A stretch of DNA of 56,054 nucleotides from Chiloscyllium plagiosum (Eukaryota), in contig NC_057718.1 in assembly GCF_004010195.1 (NCBI RefSeq), positions 54,980,934 to 55,036,987 of the forward strand. Reading direction: 5' to 3'. The notes below the pieces were generated by a model. It did no database searches and had not been told where the DNA came from. It saw only the letters and a list, made by a program, of their open reading frames with translations. Positions 13,446 to 24,880 of the stretch are shown here, piece after piece. Numbering within the stretch: position 1 is the first letter of the stretch; every line of letters begins with the position of its first letter. Made by a program: the position numbers and the translations under genes.

Positions 13446-13666
13446 ATTTGGAGGTGCCGGTGTTGGACTGGGGTGTACAAAATTGAAAATCACACAACAC
13501 CAGGTTATAGTCCAACAGGTTTATTTGGAAGCACTGGATTTTGGAATGCTGCTCCTTCACCACGTGGTTGTGCTACCCACAACCACCTGATGAAGGAGCA
13601 CCGCTCCAAAAGCTAGTGCTTCCAAATAAACCTGTTGGACTATAACCTGGTGTTGTGTTCTTTTTA
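13446..13666. mobile_element. Palindromic Penelope-derived short element with hammerhead motifs and 13-bp TSD
   Basis: Inverted arms around about 13573. TSD ACTGTGAACAATG at 13433-13445 and 13667-13679. CAC-CTGATGA-AGGAGC..GCTCC-(A)AAAGCTA-GTG at 13584-13618. Confidence 0.85.
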
Positions 13667-15576
13667 ACTGTGAACAATGTTTTCTTTTGCATATGGAAAC
13701 AATATCAAGTACTCACAAATCAAGAATGACATTGACCAGATGCATTCAGGGCTCATCTGATTGCCCAGATTATGCATTTCCATGAATTGCAGGAAAACCC
13801 CGGCTGCTTTCTTGACAACTTTGAGCAAGAACTTCTGGAATATTTCATTATTGTCACAATTTGAACAGTTTGTTGCTGTGCACTAGAGGGATTGGGTTGG
13901 TTGTTTTGCACAACACTTTAACAATAAGACCTTGATCCCATCTGTTTGGGCTGGATTCAAAATGAGTTTCAGGAATTTGACAGATTTGCAGTGCAGAGCA
14001 ATGAGGTAATGTACTCTATCAGCCAATCTGAGCTAAATGGAGAGGTGAAGTTGAATCTTGCAGCATTTTATGAAACGTGATGAAAATATACCCGTAACCA
14101 TTGAACCTAAATTAAACAAATGTAGTACATACTGCTTTGTCTAAAAATTTGTTAGTCAACTGTTGGTGTGAAATTAAATGCAGCAACAAAATCTATAATG
14201 TACATAATAGTCTCATTTTTCAATCTATTCTACAAAGCCAAGTCGTATTAATTGTGCAAAATCACCAGTGTCACTGTAGTGCAACTGCAGCATGGAAAAA
14301 TGAGGCAGGGTTTAAAGTACCAGCAACTCATCATTTTCAGGATTTAAAGTATTAGATACTCTTTGTTTTCCCATTGAATTGGAAGGTACTTTGACAAGTT
14401 AATCTGGGTGCATATCATACAGAATTCTTCTGGCATTAGGGTAAAGTTATTTGAACAGTAGACATCAGCCTTTAAATAGTGGTGAAAATGGGTGTAGAAT
14501 CTACCAAGATAATTATAGTATTTCTGTTCCCTCTTATGTATATCTCTTGCAGTATGAGAACATCCTGGAAGAAGAGATGCAGGAAGTCATCATCAACCCA
14601 TAAGGCTGTCCAGCTTTAAACTCATCCACTGATCCTTGCAGGCGATGCTGCGGGAGATGTCACTCTTGATTCGTGGGGTGGGGGGGGTGGCACAGAGGTG
14701 GTAGGTGACCATGCTGCAGAGTTGTTGTTAACAATTCTTCCTTTTTTATTTGGAGCTGACAGGAAATGCAATTTATGCACGAGTCACATCATTGCTCTGC
14801 CCTACAGCCTCACCCACCATCTTAAAAGCAGTGCTGCCTTTCTCCAGTGATGATGCACTGCTGCACTGGTGCAACTATATCCTCATTTCAGTGCCATTCT
14901 TTGTCACTGAAGGATATGAAGTCTGACAATATTGATCCCCTCACCAGATGACATTGTCACTGCAATAACCTTCTCAAGAATGTTGGCCTTCTATCAGCGA
15001 ATTCCACTGACAGCACTTCATTTAAGCCCCACCTTCTGCTCCCCTCCAAACCTGATGGCATCATTTCTTCACATGGCTTCACACTGTGGCTGTTAGCTAA
15101 TTCACATCATCACTCAGTTGCTGTTCAGAGTTTGTTTTCTTTGAGTTGAAGAGTTTCTGAATCTCTATAGATCACTGGTAAACTTGGGAAAAAAAGAGAA
15201 AAATAGCTGATGATGGCCTGGTTGACTATTTTAATTTCTGAGTGTGGTGCTGGAAAAGCAAAGCAGGTCAGCTTGGAAACTGTTGTGACCCCTTGGTGAG
15301 CAATGTGGCAGTAGGGTAAGACAAGAAAAAGCAAGGTGAGCCATTGATCCATTGGATTCAGTTTTAGCTTATAATTCCACTTGGAATCTGAACCCACATT
15401 TGGAAGCCGTGAGCTGCAGAAACAGGGAGAAGCAATTTAAACAATGTTCACACTTAGGCTTCTGGTGATCTACAATTCCTGCTCTGTACAAGCAACAGAT
15501 GAAAGGATGAATCCCCCAATAAATCTTCCAACCTTGTTACTATACTGAACACCATTGACAAATGCAATATCTACAT

Positions 15577-15806
15577 GCTGTGATTCTGTTCGCCGAGCTG
15601 GAAGTTTTTGTTGCAAACGTTTCGTCCCCTGTCTAGGTGACTATAAATGCCGGAGGAAACACCACAGAAGCGCTTCACAGGAGGCTCCCAAGCACTGAGG
15701 ATGTCACCTTGACAGGGGACGAAACATTTGCAACAAAAACTTCCAGCTCGGCGAACAGAACCACAGCAACAAGCACCCGAGCTACAAATCTTCTCACAAA
15801 CTTTGA
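15577..15806 (+). mobile_element. Penelope-derived short element (pLTR with partial inverted copy), 13-bp TSD, hammerhead motif
   Basis: TSD GCAATATCTACAT at 15564-15576 and 15807-15819. 15577-15641 is an inverted copy of about 15703-15768. CTGAGGA-TGTCACCTTGACAGGGGAC-GAAAC at 15695-15725. Confidence 0.85.
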
Positions 15807-16244
15807 GCAATATCTACATCTTGATGTGACACCTCTCTGTTCAGGTTTCAAGACCATTTATTATACTTTGCATCATTCACAGTTAAAAAAAGTGTGCCTC
15901 ATTAGTCAGTTATATCATATTCTATTTAATAGGAACCACTCCACACAAAATTATATCAACTGTGTAAACTTTACTGTTGATTATCCAGATTGTCTTTAAG
16001 TCTGTTAGAACCACAGTTTTACATCCACACATTTAAAACAGAAATGTACTGAGAGTTAGCATCACTGGGTTTAGTTATGATTTCTGAAAATAATTATGGA
16101 TCCCAAATTGAAATATCAATCCCTGAAGCAATTTCTATTATTACAGAAATTTCAATCATTATAAACACTTTTGAATTTTGGCAGATGGCTTTAATGTAGC
16201 ACATGGACATTATTAACAAGAAGAAAGTTAGGGATTTTGTGACA

Positions 16245-16685
16245 TATTATGAGAAGAGGCTGGATAGGTTGGGACATTTTTCACTGGAGTGTAGGAGATT
16301 GGGGGGTGACTTTATAGAGGTTTATAAAACCATGAGGGGCCTATCTCATTTGAATAGCAAAGGTCTTTTCCCGAAGGAAGGGGAGTTTAAACCTAGAGGA
16401 CATAATTTTAAGGTTAGAGGAGAAAGATTTAAAAGGGACCTGAGGGGTAGATTTTTCATTCAGAGGGTAGTTCACATGTGAACAGAACTGCCAGAGGAAG
16501 TGATATATGCAGGTACCGTTACAACATTTAAAAGACATTTAGATAGGTCCATGAATAGGAAAAATTTAGAGGGTCATGGGTCAAATGCAGGCAAATGGGA
16601 CTAGTTTGCTTTGGGAAACCTGGTCAGCATGGATGAGTTGAACTGAAGGGTCGTTTTCCATGCTAGATAACTTTATGACTCTACT
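16245..16685 (+). mobile_element. CR1-type LINE 3' fragment
   Basis: YEKRLDRLGHFSLECRRLGGDFIEVYK ... RFKRDLRGRFFIQRVV, then 3' UTR with TATGACTCTA tail. Confidence 0.9.
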
Positions 16686-17639
16686 AATATATCTGTGACA
16701 GTAAGCATGCACTGGTAATCAACACCCACTACTCCACGGGCTGTAGCATTAGTATAAATGTTTAAATTCAATCACTAAAGTGGCTCTTTGTTTCCCTTTG
16801 TTTGCTAGCCAGAATAAATACTTTCACCAGGCTTCTTTAATGCATTTAAAATTAGTTTATTATAAAACAAAACTGATTATAATTGGGAATTAGAGCTATG
16901 TCCCTTTTTAATTCCAGAACAGACACACTCACACCACACAAAATACAATAAAGATTCTGCAGTGATTTTATTTTTAAGAAAGCAAACAAAAAAATTCTTA
17001 TTGCCCAAAGAGCTAGGATTAGTTAAAAAGGAAAGCATAGAAATTGATTAATTCTCATAGTTCACTGGGTTTCTTGTTGACAAAATCAAACTGTTGACAA
17101 CCCAAACTGATGAAAAATCTTCCAAATAAGATTTCAGTTCAGAAGGAGTGCAGGCTAGGTTCAAGTCTTTGGATAGTGGTCACAGTTTAGCTTTTCAAAG
17201 TTTACAAGGTTTTCAAAGACTTCGCAGGTTCCCAGTACTTCAACCAAGAGAGTGTGAGAGGGAAACCTATAGCCTTACAATAGCTTTTGATGTTCACTTC
17301 ATTTTGACTTGACAGGTTTAACTAAGTCTGGAAAGGTTCTCTCAGCAACCATCAGCACATGGACTCCTTAGTGTCTTCCAAAGCCAGGTTTTCCAGCAAT
17401 TAAGGACAATAAACCCACCAGTTATCTCCCAAAGAGCTTTGCTTGGCTACTTTTCAAAGTCACTTGATTTTTTGTGGAATCAGCAAGTGAATCACAGTAC
17501 ACATTACACTATTGACTTAATTTCCAGTGTGAGTTCCCTTTAATTGTTTAATACAGAAAGTGTCAAAAGTGTTCAATATACCCCAATTTTTCACATATAA
17601 TTTTGTCATCAATAGTGCTAATAAACAGTACTTGTTCGG

Positions 17640-18505
17640 CAATAACTTGCTGAATGATACCCAGTTTCGGTTCTTCCAGAGTCACTCATCTCCTGACCTC
17701 ATTATATTCTTGGTTCAAGCATGAAAAAGAAGCTGAATTCCAGAGGTGAGGTGAGAGTGACAGCTCTTGACATCAAGACTGCATTCGACCGAGTGTGGCA
17801 TCAAGGAGTCCTGGTTGGACTCATACCTAGCACGTAGGAAGATGGTTGTGTTGTTGGAGGTCAGAGTCTAGATTAGAATGGTGCTGGAAAAACATAGCAG
17901 GTCAGGTACCATCCTAGGAGCAGGAAAATCGATGTTTTGGGAAAAAGCCTTTCATCAGGAATGTTTGATTGCTTCCTGATGAAGGGCTTTTGCCCAAAAC
18001 GTCAATTTTCCTGCTCCTTGGATGTCAGTCAAGAAAGTTGCTCTGTTTTGGATGGTGTCAAACACGTTGAGTATTGTTGGAGCTGCATCCATCCAGGCAT
18101 TCATAAATATCCTTCCCTCCACCACCAATGTTCAGTTACAGCTGTACTGTCTACAAAATGCACTGTAGAAATTCACAAAGGATCCTCGGACAGCCCTTCC
18201 AAACCAATGATAACTTCCATCTCCAAGGACAAGGGCATCAATACATGGGCACATCACCACCTGCAGGTTCCTCTTCAAGCTGTTCACCAATCTGACTTGG
18301 AAATATATTGCCACTCCTTCACTGTCACTGGGTCAAAATTCATGAATTCCTTCCCAAAAGGCATTGTGGGTCAATCTACAGCAAGTGAAGTACAACAAGT
18401 CAAGAAGGCAGCTCATCATCACCTTCTCAAAGGGCAACTGATGACAGGCAATAAATGCTAGCCAGCCAGAGACACCTGCATCCCAAGAATGAATAAAAAA
18501 AGGAA
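17640..18505 (+). mobile_element. CR1-like LINE fragments interrupted by a Penelope-derived hairpin
   Basis: RT segment (ALDIKTAFDRVWHQG) at about 17760-17810 and a 3' end GGCAATAAATGCTAGCC...GAATGAATAAAAAAA. Confidence 0.7.
17863..18024. mobile_element. Palindromic Penelope-derived short element with hammerhead motifs on both strands
   Basis: Minus arm ends ...AAAAGCCTTTCATCAGGAAT; plus arm TTC-CTGATGA-AGGGCTTTTGCCC-(A)AAACGTC at 17973-18003. Confidence 0.8.
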
Positions 18506-18959
18506 TAAAGTTAATAAAATCCTGTGTCAGTAAATGGACTGCTGCTGATAAAATGACAGCAGGGTTTTTTTGACAGTGGGCTGCTCCACCAATTATTGAT
18601 GGAGGACAAGGTATCCAGGCATTATCCTTGCTAGCTGTGACCTGTAAGGAGGTCACAACCACTCATTTAACAGGATCCACAACATGGCACAGTGTCAAGT
18701 GTCCTAGGGTTGACAGTATTTTTATGTAGAGGAAACATTATTGTTGCTGATAATGCTTTGGAGTCATTTGCACAAACAAATGTCAATTTTTGTGTGCTTG
18801 CATGTTTAATGATCTAATTTGATTAATGAAACTGTACCAGGGTGGGAAAAGATGAATGCATTTCACACATACCTCTGACAAGTGCAGGAATATTTTAAGA
18901 ATCAGGCTTTAACATCTCTTTGCTTTTTTTTAGATCGCTCAGGAATGATATGACCTGAT

Positions 18960-19195
18960 GACCAAGATGAAAGGAAAGGAACAGCTGCAGAATTTAATAT
19001 TGTTTTCTTGCATACTTTTCTCTATGCTGGTAGTGCCACACAGAAGATCTAATGCCAGATGACAGTAAGAAGAGACATCTCCGTCTGACCAAAGTAGCTT
19101 GGGTGGATGTTGCAATGGAAGTCAATAACCTTGGCTCATCTTTGATGCAGATCAAGGAAAAACTCAATATCGTTAATGATTCTGCACTGGTGAGA
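18960..19195 (+). pseudogene. Decayed Myb/SANT-like DNA-binding exon, probably from a PIF/Harbinger transposon
   Basis: LMPDDSKKRHLRLTKVAWVDVAMEVNN..LMQIKEKLN resembles the recalled Harbinger Myb/SANT pattern (L.P.D....TK.AW..VA.EV.....Q.RK..NDL). Followed by a GTGAG donor. Confidence 0.5.
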
Positions 19196-19965
19196 GAGGC
19201 TATACTTCGGAGATACACAAAGCTGAAGAGATGTGGAAAGACCCAATATGTGTGTTATGTTGGCACTGATTGAAGTGCAAGATAAGTTGATGCACTAGAG
19301 TGATTATACACTGCCCTTGAATTTTTTTTGTGGAGGAGAGACAAGAAGTGGGGAATGGTTGCTGTCAGTTTTGCACTGCAGGCACCTAAGTCTGTTGAGT
19401 TCTGAGAGGTCAGAACAGTGATTGCAATGATTTGGTAGATATTGCACAGGTTGCATTTTCTTTGCAGGAGAAAAGGGGCATACAACACCCATCAAAAATT
19501 AAAGATGCGAGGCAGTGTACTAAATCTGGCAGTCCTCACATCAATAGAAAAAGAGTCTTGCATACAACAAATTAAGCATTTCCATTGGGGATGTACATTG
19601 AGAGGAAAACACAGGTTTGTTAAGACCTGTACAACACAGAGCAATTTGTCTTCACACATTAAGGACAGGGGCACAGTGTCCTGCGTATTGCATGGAAAGG
19701 GGAATGATAGCTATTCCTGAACACTCTCATCTATTCAGAATGCGTGTTGGGATCTGTGAAATATGAACATTGGCAACATACTCCAGTACGTGAGGTGTTT
19801 AAAATGTGAATGGCGGGGACTCGGCAAGATGGCGGCGATTCTGTAGAACTGCTGTGGACAGCTCTGCCTAACAGCAAAGGCATACTGGTGTTTTTGCCAT
19901 GTCTGGCCAACTTATGTGGTGGAATTATTAGTTTAAAACCTTACAGAGCACATATTTGTTAATAT

Positions 19966-20869
19966 TTGGGAGTGGGAAGGAAGCCAAAGGGAAAAGGAGT
20001 GAGCAAACAGCAGCAGGGAGGACAATCCCCTGCAGCACCGGGCACACCAGAGACTGCAGCAGCAGCAGCCTCGCCTGAATCCCGCAGGGACCTGACAGAC
20101 TCACAGGAATTGGCAGCAGCGATGGAAAGACTTACCTTGAAGTTGGGGCTGCGATTGAGGAGATTCGTGGGGAGATTTGTGCCCAGGTCCAATCTATCGC
20201 ATCCATGCTGCAGAAGCATGAGCAGGAGATCCAGGGCCTCGGGGAGAGGCTGGAGGAAATGGAGGGTCGAACAAAGGCCTTGGAAGCTGCAATGGAATCC
20301 TCTTCCAGTCAGATCCAGGTGCTGGAGCGAGAGGTGTGGGCCTTGCGAGACCATATTGATGACCTCGAAAATCGAGGTCGGAGGATAAATCTCCGAATTG
20401 TTGGGCTCCCTGAAGATGAGGAAGGTGAGGAATGTGAGCAGCCAGTCAGCTTCTTTGAAACCTGACTGCCGAAGTTTTTGGGCCCTCACATCGAGTGCAG
20501 CAGGCTGCAGATTGAAAGGGCTTATCGGGTTACAGTGCACAGGTCATGGCGGATGCAGCACCCACGCTCAGTCCTAGTGCACTTCCATTCATATAAGGAC
20601 AAGCAAAAAGTCATAGAAGCTTCCAGATCCTTGGAAAAAGATCTGCAGGAACTGCTGTGCAAGGGGTCAAAATCTTGCTTTTCCAGGATTTCTCTGCTGC
20701 TTTAATTCGAAAGAGGAATTCCTTCGATGAAGTTAAAAAGAGGCTGAGGAACCTGAGCATCCAATACTCCATGAAATACCCCACAGTACTCCATTTCAGC
20801 CACGAAGACTCAGTTTATACATTTGACTCAGCGGATAAAGCTAAAAACTTTGTAGACATTTTAAAATAG
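19966..20869 (+). pseudogene. L1 ORF1 (coiled coil + RRM + CTD), disrupted
   Basis: DDLENRGRRINLRIVGLPE, IERAYRV and FQDFSAALIRKR motifs spread over several frames. Confidence 0.85.
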
Positions 20870-21016
20870 ACTGATTTTAAAGAAGAATACGGTTAACATT
20901 TGTTCTCTTTTCCTTCTTTCCCCTTCCTTTTTTTTATTCCTTTCTTTCTCTCTAATAATTTCTTTTTTTGGAAAGGGGGGAAAATACCTTGGAATAAGTT
21001 GTTCCTACTTTTTATA

Positions 21017-21155
21017 ATAACTGGATTTTCTGATGGGAAATTTTGTGGATGTTCTTTGTTGTCTCCCCCTTTTTTGTTTGTTCTGTATAACTAGATTTTC
21101 TGATGGGAAATTTTGTGGATGTTCTTTGTTGTCTCCCCTTTTTTGTTTGTTCTGT
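21017..21155 (+). repeat. 70-bp tandem duplication in the L1 inter-ORF spacer
   Basis: ATAACT(G/A)GATTTTCTGATGGGAAATTTTGTGGATGTTCTTTGTTGTCTCCCC... occurs at 21017 and 21087. Confidence 0.9.
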
Positions 21156-21539
21156 TTCTCTTTTAGTCACAAGTAGGGGTGACATGAAGCCAGGGATGGG
21201 ATGGCTCATGCTGACTTTGTCTTTTTTCTGTTGATTTAAGGATCATCTCCTTGTTTTTTTTCTGGCCTAAGGCTCGGGCACAGTCCAGGTTTGAAGGAGC
21301 TGTGAAAGGGGGGATGGGTAGAGTGACTGCCCCCTATGGGCAGGGGGAAGAGTCTTCTATTCAAAGTTTTATAGTTGGTTTTCTTTGTAGTTTTTTGGTA
21401 GTACTCGTTGTTTATAGTTATGATAGAGTAGTTTTTGTATATATAGTTCTTCGACTCCATGAGTCTTTACTTAAGTGTGCTTGGTGCTTTGTAAGCAGGG
21501 TTCTCCCTCCGAGGGGTTCAAGGGTCTCTGAAAGGGGAT

Positions 21540-22713
21540 ATGGCTAAATGTTTTATTAAATGGTGCACCTGGAACATTAAGGGAAGTCATTCGCCTGTTA
21601 AAAGGTAAAAAAAGTGCTTTCTAGTCTTAAGAGGGAAAGGGTTGATATCACTTTGTTGCAGGAAACCCATCTTGATGACGGGGAACACCTGCAATTACAA
21701 CAGGGGGGTTATGACCAGGAATTATTTTCATCCTTTACTACTAAGAGTAGGGGAGTGGCGGTACTTATCCTGAAAAATCTTCTGTTCACTTTATTAGAGC
21801 AGGTGAAAGATGAGCAGGGATGGTTTGTGATACTTAAAGCCCTGATACATAGGGAGGAATATGGCATTTTAAATGTCTACTGTCCTGTGGCACATCCCCT
21901 CAAATGTTTGATTACTGCTTTCTCTAAGTTGAGTGCTTTTGGAACATGGCATATTATTATAGAGGGGGATTTTAATTGTCTTTTCAATCCAACAGTGGAC
22001 AGGTTGTCTTGTGGGCCCCCAACTATTTCTTCGCAGGCCAAGCAGGCGGTTGACTTATGGGAGGAGTTGGGGAGGAGTTAGTGCCCTCTATCGCCTGCTG
22101 GGTGTCAGGGCCTGGCCTTGTGAGGTCTGGAAGCAAGAGCTAGGACTGGAGATCTCTTCTGAAACATGGGAGAACATATGGGAGAATGCTCGAAGATCTC
22201 AATTTGTAATAGGACATGCGCTACGCGGTTGAAAGTCCTGCACAGGGTTCATCTGGCACCAGACCGTCTCGTGAAGTTTAAAAAAGGGTGTGTGCCCCAA
22301 ATGTAAAATAAGTGTAGGTACTCTTACCCATTGCTTCTGGACATGCCGCAGACTCCATGTTTATTGGAGCGCTGTGGCAGGAAAGATAGGGAGGGTATTG
22401 AGGACTGAAGTCAAAGTAGACCCAATATCTCTCCTCTTAGGTCTACCAAATTTACCATCTTTAGCTGGGCATGGGAAGAAACTATTTAATATTCTTGCAT
22501 ACTGTGCACAGAACAATATTCTAATGAACTGGGTTGTCTGAGAACCCACCGGGCTTGCTGGGATGTCAGAAATTAATTATGGAGCACATTCCCTTGGATT
22601 TTTTTACAAACATGGTGCATCACACAACAGACCATTTTTATAAGACGTGGCAGCCCTACTTGAGTTATTTGGATATAGAGTTGTCAGTTATCTTAACTAG
22701 GGCATTTGTTTAA
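21540..22713 (+). pseudogene. L1 ORF2 remnant: APE endonuclease fused directly to the C-terminal zinc-knuckle region
   Basis: WNIKG, LLQETH and GDFN (APE), then after about 22075 WKQELG..WENIW and CPKC..GTLTHCFWTC. No RT motifs in between. Confidence 0.85.
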
Positions 22714-23789
22714 CCAGGATGGTTAGGTTTGTCAAGTCCTGGGCCCTGGAGGGGATGTCTCCTGAGTTAATACGGGTATATATACATTGCTCCCGTTCCT
22801 TTGTTTGGGAGCTTTGCGCCGAGCATAGCTGTTCTATATGAATTAGGTTGCTTTGCGCAGTGTTAGAGTTTGTTTTATATTATAGGGTAGGTTAGTACTT
22901 AGTAGACAGTAGTTGTGTTGTAATTTGTGTTTTTTTCTTTTTATTATACTGATATTTGTTATTGATTGTATTTTTCAATAATTTTATATGTTTGTAAAGT
23001 TAAAAAAATTTGCTAATAAATATATTTACAAAAAAAAATGTGAATGGCAGTAATGTGTCTGGGGGTTTTTTTCCTGTGCAGGTAAACATCAGATGTTGGC
23101 ACCAATACTTTACAGGTTCCCACATTAACATCTGAGGAGGAACAGGAAACCTCATCTGGTGTCCTTGCTCTATCCAAAGCATCTGAGGAGGTACTACCAC
23201 CTCAGGAGGGAATTGCACCTTGGAATGAGGAAGTCTTGGAGTGAGGGAACATTGCAGCATACATGCAGCTGCTAGAGATTGATTTGAAGCAGTATTTTGG
23301 TATTCAGAGTAACACTAGAAGTAATCTAAATGCTGAATCCTAGTCAGAATATGATCTACTGGAGTAAATAAATAATGTGGAATACGCAAACATCAACATA
23401 TATGGCGATGTGGAGGGGATAGCACAGGGATGGATGTTCTGGCACAGAATTTGAGGTGCTATTCAGGCCACCAGCTCTGTGATTGTCCAGTTGTTAGAAT
23501 GCATAGCTTTCTCCAGGGATAGACTGCTGACTGATTCGGAGGCAAAACCTAGGACTTTGCAGAAGCAATCATAGGGAAGTATTCTAATCATTACTCCATC
23601 ATTTTGTTTTATATTCAGAGAACCAGAGCTGGAACTATAAAGGAACTGGAAGAGTGGAGTCACATCTTGGTTCTAGTTCATCATTAAAGCCAGTTTATAC
23701 AATCCCTAGAGTTCAGAAAAAGACAATTCAGCCTATCAAGTCTGCACCAGCCCTCTGAAGATGATCCTACCAAGATCTTGTGAGCAAAT

Positions 23790-24880
23790 GTGATTCTAAG
23801 AGTCACTGTTTAAAAATAAAGAGTCACCCATTTAAGACAGATATTCAAAGTTTTTTTTTTATCTAACAGAGGACTTAAGTCTTTGGAATTCTGTTCCTCA
23901 AGAGGTGATGGAAGGAGTGTCTAAAATGTTTAAGGCAGGGATACATAGATTTATAAACAAGAGGGAACATGTTGTGGGGGTAGGTAAGAATGTGGAGTAA
24001 TCAGATCATCTAAGATCTCTTATTGAATGAAGGAGTAGGCTTGAAGGGCTGAATGGCCTAGTATACTCCTAATTTGTATATCATATGTATGTTTTCATGT
24101 AGGTATGAAACCAAGTTGTAAGTATACATAGAGACTACAAAGGAATATGGATAGGTTAAGTGAACACACAAAACATTTACAGGGGAATAGAAATTGGAAA
24201 ATATAAGTTATCCATTTTTGGTAGGAAGAATAGGAAAAGCAGAATGTTATTTAACTGAAGAGAGATTGCAGAATGCTGCAGTACAGAGGGATCTGGGTGT
24301 GCTTGTGCATGAAAACATTACATTGTATGCAGCAAGTAATTATGAAGGCAAAATTTAAGAGGGAATAAATATATACGTAAGGAAATTGTGCTATAGGACT
24401 TCAGTGAGGCAACATTTAGAGTCCGGCGTACAATTCTGCTCTCCTTACTTATGGAAAGATATATTTGCATTAGAAATAGTTCAGAGAAGATTCACTAGGC
24501 TGATTTCAGAGGATAACGGTGTTGTCTTATGAGGAAAGGAAGCGCAGATTGGGCCTATACTTTATTGAACTTTAAAGGTTATCTGGAGTGAAATACATGA
24601 AATTCTGAAGGCACTTGAAAGGAATACACTGAGAGGATATTTCAGTTCATGGGGAATCTAGAACAAGAGGGCACAGTTCAAATTTAATAAGTTTCTCATT
24701 AAAAATAGAGACGAGTAGGAATTTATTCTCTCAGTGGGTTAGAATTCTTTTCCATGTAAAACAATGGAGACTAAGTCATTTAATGTATTTAAGGTAAAGT
24801 TAGACAGATTTTTTTTATTGATAAGGATTAGAGGAGACAGGCATGTAAGTGGAGTTAAGACCACAATCTTATGATCTTAT
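23790..24880 (+). mobile_element. Two old CR1-type LINE 3' fragments
   Basis: Degraded CR1 ORF2 end and 3' UTR (GTTCAGAGAAGATTCACTAGGCTGAT; GGCTTGAAGGGCTGAATGGCCTA). Confidence 0.7.

Larger units (their letters stand above)
19815..23034 (+). mobile_element. L1-clade LINE, 5'-complete but internally deleted (RT missing), 14-bp TSD
   Basis: TSD AAAATGTGAATGGC at 19801-19814 and 23035-23048, at a TT/AAAA site. 5' end GGGGACTCGGCAAGATGGCGG; AATAAA and poly(A) at the 3' end; ORF1 and partial ORF2 inside. Confidence 0.92.

Noticed and set aside
13446..13666. MITE or pre-miRNA interpretation of the hairpins
   Set aside because: Long 13-14 bp TSDs, unequal arms and identity with a PLE terminus (37321) point to retrotransposition.
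13716..13882. Possible minus-strand exon (CTATNCSNCDNNEIFQKFLLK... ending at GTGAGT)
   Set aside because: No recognisable homology and no partner exons.
14300..15400. Possible Harbinger transposase or host exons
   Set aside because: Coding-like composition but stops in all frames examined and no motif I can identify.
19959..20540. 193-aa antisense ORF
   Set aside because: Antisense shadow of GC-rich L1 ORF1.
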